Source: Candidatus Hydrogenedentota bacterium (GTDB lineage: Bacteria; Hydrogenedentota; Hydrogenedentia; Hydrogenedentales; SLHB01). Taken from it: a DNA stretch of 64,000 bases. The position numbers and the translations under genes are program-made. Of this stretch, positions 58,054 through 64,000 are shown one piece after another; the stretch's first letter is position 1, and each line of letters begins with the position of its first letter. The notes beneath the pieces are model-generated. The model was given only the letters and a program-made list of their open reading frames with translations, was not told the origin of the DNA and searched no databases. The DNA is taken from NCBI GenBank assembly GCA_034408725.1, contig JAWXCN010000035.1, positions 36,201 to 100,200 of the forward strand, read 5' to 3'.

Positions 58054-58311
58054 TCACAATGGTTTCATATAGATGCCGCGCCTTACTCTTACGATCAGCC
58101 GCTTGGCGCACGCTTTTTGCGCCGTAGTATTCGCTGACCTTTTCGGGTCTGTACCGCATTCCTTTCGGATTTTCCGCCGAAGATCACGCATCCTGTATGG
58201 AACTCCCGGCTGCATCACCGTCAAAAGAATCTTCTCAAGCTTGTCCGGGTAACGCTTTCTCATACCCGTTTTCTTGCCCCCCCCCCAATGGCCTACACGA
58301 TACGATTTCAA
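58054..58311 (-). CDS. Small basic winged-helix-like protein
   Basis: RBS GGAG; K/R-rich; LIVRVRRGIY wing. Confidence 0.55.
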   Translation of the reverse strand: MKSYRVGHWGGGKKTGMRKRYPDKLEKILLTVMQPGVPYRMRDLRRKIRKECGTDPKRSANTTAQKACAKRLIVRVRRGIYMKPL

Positions 58312-58355
58312 TTCTCCGCTCCAGGGCGGTAATTCCGAGAGCGCGTTTCAACAGG

Positions 58356-58763
58356 TTAAACATTCGATTCTCCTACAGTCGCCTTCGTTGCCGGATTCGT
58401 CGCTACCGGGCGCATCCGTTCCTTCTTCCACGTCTCATATGAGAGCGGAGGATTCAGCTTGTCATCGAGAAACCGCGCGTAAGCCGTTCTCGTCACAAGT
58501 TCCATTACGTCATCGCTGATCGACGACCCCTCACCAGGCATTATCGCCGCTGTTTCAAATCCGTACCCGTGCAGGCTACCGCGAATCTTGTTCACGGTCT
58601 GCTCCGGCGTGTCAGAAGCTTCATTGGCCCGCGCCGCCCAACCGTTCGTAATTGCGACGCGCGCAGCCGAATCAAGTACATCGTATGTCTCGCCCGCTAC
58701 GAACCGCTTGACGGTATGACCGCCTTCGCTTAACCGTCTTGTCTCTAAGAAAGTGACTCTCAT
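58356..58763 (-). CDS. Phage-like hypothetical protein
   Basis: RBS GGAGGAG, start MRVTF; FVAGETYDV...AITNGWA. Confidence 0.65.
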   Translation of the reverse strand: MRVTFLETRRLSEGGHTVKRFVAGETYDVLDSAARVAITNGWAARANEASDTPEQTVNKIRGSLHGYGFETAAIMPGEGSSISDDVMELVTRTAYARFLDDKLNPPLSYETWKKERMRPVATNPATKATVGESNV

Positions 58764-58783
58764 AACTCCTCCACACATTCGCG

Positions 58784-58824
58784 TTGACTTGCAGTTACAC
58801 TACCATTACAGTTGGAATAGTCAA
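58784..58824. promoter_or_regulatory. Overlapping opposed sigma70 promoters
   Basis: + strand TTGACT-17-TACAGT (58784-58812); - strand TTGACT-16-TAGTGT (from 58824). Confidence 0.6.
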
Positions 58825-58859
58825 TGACAAAGTTACAAAAAGAATGTAGAAAAGGTTAT

Positions 58860-59069
58860 ATGGCTGATATTCAATGGCTTACGATACGGGACGCAGCGAG
58901 ACTCGCGGATATGAAGTACGAACGATTCCGCTGGTGGGTCGATCAGGGCAGAGGACCGGCGCGCCATGCCGTCCTTAACAGGCTCGCTTTCGACGCCGCC
59001 GAGGTTAAAGCATGGAAGCCCGCGTATAGGCCGCGCGGCGGATACCGCCCACGTAAGGCGAAACCATGA
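58860..59069 (+). CDS. AlpA/excisionase-like HTH DNA-binding protein
   Basis: WLTIRDAARLADMKYERFRWWVDQGRGP...AFDAAEVKAW. Confidence 0.7.
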   Translation: MADIQWLTIRDAARLADMKYERFRWWVDQGRGPARHAVLNRLAFDAAEVKAWKPAYRPRGGYRPRKAKP

Positions 59070-59260
59070 GCCTTTCCGATGAGGTTCTCGCACTAATGCG
59101 CGCGCGCGGTGGCAACCCGGATTTTATCCATCTTTCCAATGAAGCTCTAGCGATTTGCGACGTACTTGAACGCAGGCTTGCCAACAAGCAATTGCGCGAA
59201 ATCGCCACCAGACTTTCCGACGATGGTATCCAGCACACATTATCCCGCGTCCGCCCATGA
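59066..59260 (+). CDS. Small hypothetical protein
   Basis: ATGA-coupled on both sides. Confidence 0.55.
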   Translation: MSLSDEVLALMRARGGNPDFIHLSNEALAICDVLERRLANKQLREIATRLSDDGIQHTLSRVRP

Positions 59261-59658
59261 GCCGCTGGTTGAAATGGGACGCCGATCTTTTCGATCCCAT
59301 ACTGCGCAGATACCACAGCAGGGGTATGAACGACCATGCCATCGCGCATCAGATGCAGACGGACGGCCTTCCATTTTCCTACAACACGATACGCAACCGC
59401 AGACTCAAGCTCCGGCTAAAGGTCAACCGAGTCCAGCCGTATTTCTCCACTGACGAACGGCAATTACCGAAGGAGCGACCCGATCCGCTAAGAGTGGCAA
59501 GTCAAACGTTGCAAGACTTCGACCGCGCCACGCTCACATATCGAGGACAGCCGATCAGTCTCACGCAAGTCATGCGAATGACTAACCGCATTCGCGCCGT
59601 CGAAGGACTTCCACAGATCGACGCGAATCCAAATTGGCGCGTACCTTTCCCCGGCTAA
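59257..59658 (+). CDS. Phage-like HTH protein (GcrA-like N-terminus)
   Basis: W...LRRYHSRGMNDHAIAHQM...SYNTIRNRRLKLRL. Confidence 0.6.
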   Translation: MSRWLKWDADLFDPILRRYHSRGMNDHAIAHQMQTDGLPFSYNTIRNRRLKLRLKVNRVQPYFSTDERQLPKERPDPLRVASQTLQDFDRATLTYRGQPISLTQVMRMTNRIRAVEGLPQIDANPNWRVPFPG

Positions 59659-59677
59659 CGCGCCAAGCTGCGTTGCA

Positions 59678-61843
59678 TCATTTCAGCTTCAGGACATCTT
59701 GATATAGCTGTTTCAAATGTTCATCGGACATATCGATTATCGGTTCATACATGAAGGAGTTCAGGTGTATGCTCTCTGGCGTCATCAACGCTACTCGCTG
59801 GAGAGTTTTTATGGACTGCGCTTCGCCCGAAAAGTCCTTCTTAAACCTCTTTATCAACGCCTGTGTCTGATTCGCGGCAATGGCATCGCTAAATGGCTTG
59901 TCATTAATCTTGTCCACCATAAACTTTTCCGCCGAAAGCCGAATCGCTATAGCCATCACGATCTTGTTCTCAAAATTAGCCCCATCTCCGGCAGCAAGAC
60001 ATGCGCTAGCTTCCCGGTGGATAACTTCTATCACTGACTTTGCGACATCCGCCGATTTCCCGGTTGCGCCGAAAGCCTTCGTGTAAATTCCATCCAGTTC
60101 GGCCACCGTGATGGTCGTGGAATCGGCTTTCCAATGAAGCAACGACGTAAGCTTGAAATAGTCCGAATCTTTATCTCCTTTGGTGTACTCGATGATATTG
60201 CGCATAAATGGAATGCACGCGATCTTCTTTCGAGGCTCGTTGAAATAATTCGGTTGCCAGTCATTCACAAACACGTTTTTGATTCCCGCAGCCTGCGTCA
60301 ACGTCAACCCGCCGCTGCTTTTGAACGCCATGAGACAATGCGAGTACGAAACGAACCGGCTTTCGAGCGTGCGGAAGAAGTCAAAATTATGCGTCAGGAT
60401 TATCTGCTTGAAGTTTGGCTCATCAGCGATGTCCTGTAGGTACTGAATTATCGCGTATTTGTTTTTGTAGTCGAAGGAATCGGCGATGTCGTCAAATACG
60501 ATGACTGTTTCCTGCTTGGATTTCTTGCGCGCTTCGATCTCGAAAATGATATTGAGTATGTAAAGAGCCTTTCTTTCGCCGGTGCTCAGCACGTCCATCA
60601 GCGTGCCTTTTTCTACCGGCTCCTTATCCGTGCCGTCCTCGAACGTAAAACCGAGACTAAGCATCGGCTCCTCGCCAAGTATTACCGACGTTCGGTTCTT
60701 CGCCGACAACGTGAAGGGGACGATGAAACGCTCATTGAATTCCTGAATCACATCCTCCCATTGCGTCCGCTCTTTACCGGCTTCGGCCTCGATTTCCTTC
60801 TTGCGCTTTTCGGCGGCCTGGTACTTCGCCAGCAAATCGTTGTATAGATCGATTTTCACTTTCAGGTAGGACTTCCAAATCTCCTCCTTGAAGCTGTCTA
60901 TATTCGCGAGCTTTGCGAGAATGTCCTCGTGTTCCGCGAGATACGCTTCAAAGCCTCGCACCGTTACATTTTTATTGATGAGCTTTTCAAGCTCCGCAAA
61001 TTTCTTCCGCAAATCCTTATCGCTCGTGATCTTCGCTTTCTCGCTCGCAATCAATTCCTCCAATTGCTTTTGACTCGTGATTTCCAGTTTTTCGTCCGCA
61101 TTCAGGCTGACCGTGTGTTTGGCGTCGAAGAATCCATTGTCGGCCAGATTCTTCGCAATCGTCGCCGCGTTGTAATAGTTGAAAATTCCCTTCTTGAAAT
61201 ACGTCGATGCCGCCAATAATTCGTTGTACTTCCTGACGTAATCCTCAATAGATGCCTTTACATCCTTCGTCCCCAGAAATGACAAGACCTTTTCATCGAA
61301 AATCTTGTCGTAATCGACATCGGCGAACGGCGCTTCCTTTTGCGCGGCTACTTCGTCTTTTACGCGGATCAGCGCGCGGTCAAACGTATCCTCGCTTTTG
61401 GTGAAAGTCAGCGAGACTTCTTTCTTCAAGTCCTTTTTCGATTTCGATTGTTCCTTGAGCGCATTCACGAGCGCGATTTCCGCCTTGTTAATATCGATGT
61501 GAAGCTTTTCGTATTCTTCCCTCAGCTTCGCATTGACGAGCAGCGTTGAAGTCTTTTCCGTGCAGCCGAACACTTCGTCATAGGGGGCCATCACCAGCAC
61601 GCTGACGCTGGGAAGATCAACGCCTTTTTCGTCCTTGATGTCGCTTCGACACGCACGCGTAGTAAAAACGCGGTCGCCTGATTGCGATTTCTCCGCAATA
61701 TCTTTGAATGTTTTTGCGAGGGACGATTTCATGGCGCCATTTGGCGCGTAGATGGCGTACACCCGATCCTTCTTGAAATCGAGACTAACCTTGAGGCTTT
61801 TAATCCCGTAGCAATTTTCGAGGTCAATTTCCAGCTTCGTCAT
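59678..61843 (-). CDS. RloC-like ABC/SMC-type ATPase, putative anti-phage protein
   Basis: LENCYGI, variant Walker A YAPNGAMKSS, long coiled coil, LSTGE signature, FDDIADSFD Walker B/D-loop, LTHNFDFF H-loop, extra C-terminal domain. Confidence 0.75.
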   Translation of the reverse strand: MTKLEIDLENCYGIKSLKVSLDFKKDRVYAIYAPNGAMKSSLAKTFKDIAEKSQSGDRVFTTRACRSDIKDEKGVDLPSVSVLVMAPYDEVFGCTEKTSTLLVNAKLREEYEKLHIDINKAEIALVNALKEQSKSKKDLKKEVSLTFTKSEDTFDRALIRVKDEVAAQKEAPFADVDYDKIFDEKVLSFLGTKDVKASIEDYVRKYNELLAASTYFKKGIFNYYNAATIAKNLADNGFFDAKHTVSLNADEKLEITSQKQLEELIASEKAKITSDKDLRKKFAELEKLINKNVTVRGFEAYLAEHEDILAKLANIDSFKEEIWKSYLKVKIDLYNDLLAKYQAAEKRKKEIEAEAGKERTQWEDVIQEFNERFIVPFTLSAKNRTSVILGEEPMLSLGFTFEDGTDKEPVEKGTLMDVLSTGERKALYILNIIFEIEARKKSKQETVIVFDDIADSFDYKNKYAIIQYLQDIADEPNFKQIILTHNFDFFRTLESRFVSYSHCLMAFKSSGGLTLTQAAGIKNVFVNDWQPNYFNEPRKKIACIPFMRNIIEYTKGDKDSDYFKLTSLLHWKADSTTITVAELDGIYTKAFGATGKSADVAKSVIEVIHREASACLAAGDGANFENKIVMAIAIRLSAEKFMVDKINDKPFSDAIAANQTQALIKRFKKDFSGEAQSIKTLQRVALMTPESIHLNSFMYEPIIDMSDEHLKQLYQDVLKLK

Positions 61844-61876
61844 ACGATCCGCCTCTCCCTAAATCCGCATCCCTGT

Positions 61877-62308
61877 TCAGCCCAATAATTCCAATACCTG
61901 TCGTTCCAGATCGGCCTTGTCGATCCCAGGCAGTATTTCCGCGACGATGAACGCTACGGCCTGATCCCAAAACTGACGGAATCCCGTTTCATCGAGCTTG
62001 GCGAAGCTGATTGACCGGAGCTTGACGAGTTGCGTCGGCGGGTTCCCCGGAATCGTCGCCAGGTCATAATAACCGATATTGAGCTTCACGGCATCCAGCA
62101 ATTGCTCCAGCGTCGCGTACCGATTCTGATTCTCGAATACGAGATTGAGCAGACCATAGAATAGGCGATGGAAGCGTGGGTTTCTTGTACGGCGAATCGT
62201 TGCAGTAACAACTTCCCCAAGGCGCATCGCCTGCACTATTTCCGCGCTTGCAGGATCGGCGGCAACCAAGCCGATCTTTTCCCGGATTAGAAGAACGTCA
62301 GCCGCCAA
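61877..62308 (-). CDS. DUF1367 family phage protein
   Basis: RNPRFHRLFYGLLNLVFEN, RSISFAKLDETGF. Confidence 0.8.
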   Translation of the reverse strand: MAADVLLIREKIGLVAADPASAEIVQAMRLGEVVTATIRRTRNPRFHRLFYGLLNLVFENQNRYATLEQLLDAVKLNIGYYDLATIPGNPPTQLVKLRSISFAKLDETGFRQFWDQAVAFIVAEILPGIDKADLERQVLELLG

Positions 62309-62504
62309 CTATTGCCCGATCTCCAAGCTTGCCCGTCCGCATCCATTTCACAGCGAGCCGCCGCGCTGCATTAACGTCGGGGCACACGCAATGCCAGAAG
62401 CCGTGCTTAGAGCGTCTGACTTTGCCTGTGACGCGGAAGAACGCAACCGCCGCGCCATCAACTTCCGCGCGGCGATTGCCAGCCTCATACGCTTCGACCG
62501 TCAC
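62298..62504 (-). CDS. Phage-like small hypothetical protein
   Basis: 68 aa in coupled operon. Confidence 0.5.
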   Translation of the reverse strand: MTVEAYEAGNRRAEVDGAAVAFFRVTGKVRRSKHGFWHCVCPDVNAARRLAVKWMRTGKLGDRAIVGG

Positions 62505-62722
62505 GACATCATTCCTTCATCTTCGACGGCATCATCAGCCGGAGCCGAGTCGGTACGCGCTTGCTTTGGCTTGAATCGGCCAGAGAAGCCTTTCTTTCCG
62601 TCCTTCGCAGGCCATACCGCGCCTTCATGGTCCACGCCGTCGAGTTTGAACAACACGCGGAAATGCGGCTTGTTGCCCGTCGTGTCTTGTTGCGCGAATA
62701 AATTTATGAATCCTTCAGCCAT
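62501..62722 (-). CDS. Small phage protein, possible ssDNA-binding (DUF736-like) with acidic tail
   Basis: RBS AGGAG; KPHFRV...GAVW...FSG; acidic C-terminus. Confidence 0.55.
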   Translation of the reverse strand: MAEGFINLFAQQDTTGNKPHFRVLFKLDGVDHEGAVWPAKDGKKGFSGRFKPKQARTDSAPADDAVEDEGMMS

Positions 62723-62731
62723 ATATTCTCC

Positions 62732-63190
62732 TTATGCTGCTTGAGTTTTTTTAACCGCCTTCCATACCAACTTGGATTCGCCCATTTCGAGACGCGCCCA
62801 ATTCGGGAAGGAGAGGCCACCATCGCGCAAGCCTTTCAAATGCTCGCCGATCTCTTTGAGCTTCGCTTTTCGCTCCAATTTCACGTATTCGTCGGGTAAC
62901 GCATCGACCGATTCCACGATTACCGATTCGCGCTGCTTATTCCAGCCGATTTTGTAATCATTCGCCACGCCGGGGAGGATCACTTCAACCTCGCCCGTTT
63001 CATTCATCAAATCACGAACGCCGATCCACGCTTCTCGCACGGCCAGTTCGGATTGAGTCACTTCGCTTTGAAGCGGCGCAATTGTTTCCGCGAGCTTTGT
63101 CTTTGCCGCGCGTTCCCGTCCCTCCGCTTGCAGCAGTAACGCAAACGCTCCCATCAGAGCTTGATTGTGTTTTTCGATCTCATCGCTCAT
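62732..63190 (-). CDS. Siphovirus Gp157-like protein
   Basis: Start MSDEIEK; N-terminal coiled coil; SVIVESVDALPDEY...KLKEIGEHLK...ARLE. Confidence 0.65.
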   Translation of the reverse strand: MSDEIEKHNQALMGAFALLLQAEGRERAAKTKLAETIAPLQSEVTQSELAVREAWIGVRDLMNETGEVEVILPGVANDYKIGWNKQRESVIVESVDALPDEYVKLERKAKLKEIGEHLKGLRDGGLSFPNWARLEMGESKLVWKAVKKTQAA

Positions 63191-63266
63191 TCCATGCCCC
63201 CATACAACAAACACCAAAGCGCAGCCCATACAAACAATCCGCGCCAAATCCATATCAGCCCGCTAA

Positions 63267-63599
63267 TCATCGTTGCCTCCCGCTTTCAAGCACCGGCGCA
63301 GCAACCTTGCCGTCTTCCCATGTCGGCGGAGCCTTCTCATCGCACATGAACGCGTAATCGACTGCGGCCTGATTGTCTTCGTCGTAGTAACAGACCGCCT
63401 CATAATAAGGGCCGAAATCGTGCGGAAATGATCGATAGCTTAACCGTGCGCCTTCCGGTTCTGGACCGCATACATTGCGAATTGCCTGTATGTACGCCTG
63501 ACATTCCTTCACTGCGTTTTCGCGGTAATTGGCGTCACCCACTTGCGCGCACTTCTCATCCGAAGGCGATGCGCCGAGTTCGAGATACGCCCGCGTCAT
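63267..63599 (-). CDS. Conserved phage/plasmid hypothetical protein
   Basis: LELGASP.DE.CAQVG...GPEPEGARL...FPHDFGPYYE. Confidence 0.7.
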   Translation of the reverse strand: MTRAYLELGASPSDEKCAQVGDANYRENAVKECQAYIQAIRNVCGPEPEGARLSYRSFPHDFGPYYEAVCYYDEDNQAAVDYAFMCDEKAPPTWEDGKVAAPVLESGRQR

Positions 63600-63946
63600 G
63601 CGACCTCCACAAGCGCGCCGTTTTCATCCGCGCTGTACCATGTGTTTTCCTTAATGCCGTTTTCGCCCGCATATCCCACGACGACGCGCTTGCGTTCTTT
63701 TTTCTTGTCATACCAGGCGACGATGACAATGCCTTTCGTGCCAGCCATCGCTTTTGATTCAAGTCCGAATGCGGCGGCGATACCGTGTTCGCCCGTGTTC
63801 GTCGCCGCTGACTGGTCGCCCGTGTTCGTCGCCGCTGACCAGTAGCCCGTGTTCGTCGCCGCTGACTGGTCGCCCGTGTTCGTCGCCGCTGACCGGTAGC
63901 CCGTGTTCGTCGCCGCTGACCGGTTTCCCGTGTTCGTCGCCGCTGA
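63596..63946 (-). CDS. C-terminal part of a phage protein with SAATNTGxx nonapeptide repeats (5' part degraded or outside window; absent from ORF track)
   Basis: Six SAATNTG units then GIAAAFGLESKAMAGTKGIVIVAWYD...GENGIKENTWYSADENGALVEVA; ATGA overlap with the next gene. Confidence 0.75.
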   Translation of the reverse strand, partial: SAATNTGNRSAATNTGYRSAATNTGDQSAATNTGYWSAATNTGDQSAATNTGEHGIAAAFGLESKAMAGTKGIVIVAWYDKKKERKRVVVGYAGENGIKENTWYSADENGALVEVA

Positions 63947-63973
63947 CCGCTTCCCCGCCTTCGTCGCCGCTCA
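63792..63973. repeat. 27-bp coding tandem repeat, 6 good copies + 1 degenerate
   Basis: CCCGTGTTCGTCGCCGCTGAC at 63792, 63819, 63846, 63873, 63900, 63927. Confidence 0.92.
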
Positions 63974-64000
63974 CTGGCCGCCTGTCGTCCTCGGCCCGCA

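Larger units (their letters stand above)
41742..64000. mobile_element. Composite genomic island at tRNA-Lys: integrative mobilizable element followed by RM and prophage-like genes (right end not seen)
   Basis: Integrase immediately 3' of the tRNA, excisionase, T4CP, ParB, MobF relaxase, phage-like early genes; no tRNA 3' duplication recognised by eye. Confidence 0.75.

Noticed and set aside
63792-63973. CRISPR array or DGR variable region
   Set aside because: In-frame 27-bp coding repeat with only about 6 variable bases per unit; no reverse transcriptase or separate template repeat in the window

Overview
Chromosomal window (about 58% GC by eye) from a bacterium of uncertain lineage. The integrase, relaxase and repeat types are reminiscent of PVC-group or Hydrogenedentes-like genomes, but that is a guess. 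Housekeeping backbone: ribF (partial), ridA, several secreted multi-domain proteins, cysK-metY-metX/metW fusion, a DUF4914 PEPCK-like protein, two GT4 glycosyltransferases, pyrR-pyrB-pyrC with a leader attenuator, and tRNA-Lys(UUU). Three accessory zones stand out. (1) 10.4-17.5 kb is a repeat-studded hotspot. It holds nested 9-bp/117-bp tandem repeats and a hairpin REP-like motif that brackets a small membrane gene, a duplicated decaying antitoxin/PemK module, a Helicase+DUF2290 anti-phage pair and an Mrr-like nuclease. (2) 23.9-29.0 kb is a tightly coupled operon of one PadR regulator and seven tandem paralogous HAAS/permease-prefix membrane proteins, with conserved N-termini and divergent membrane domains, flanked by inverted palindromic repeats. 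This is my best candidate for an undescribed system. (3) From tRNA-Lys to the window end is a composite island: tyrosine integrase/excisionase, a VirD4-like coupling protein, ParB, a divergent MobF relaxase with an F-like nic candidate, establishment-type genes and an orphan MTase. It continues with a split Type IIG-like restriction-modification system, phage-like early genes and an RloC-like ABC ATPase. No attR and no mating-pair genes are visible. All family assignments come from motif recognition by eye, not from database searches.
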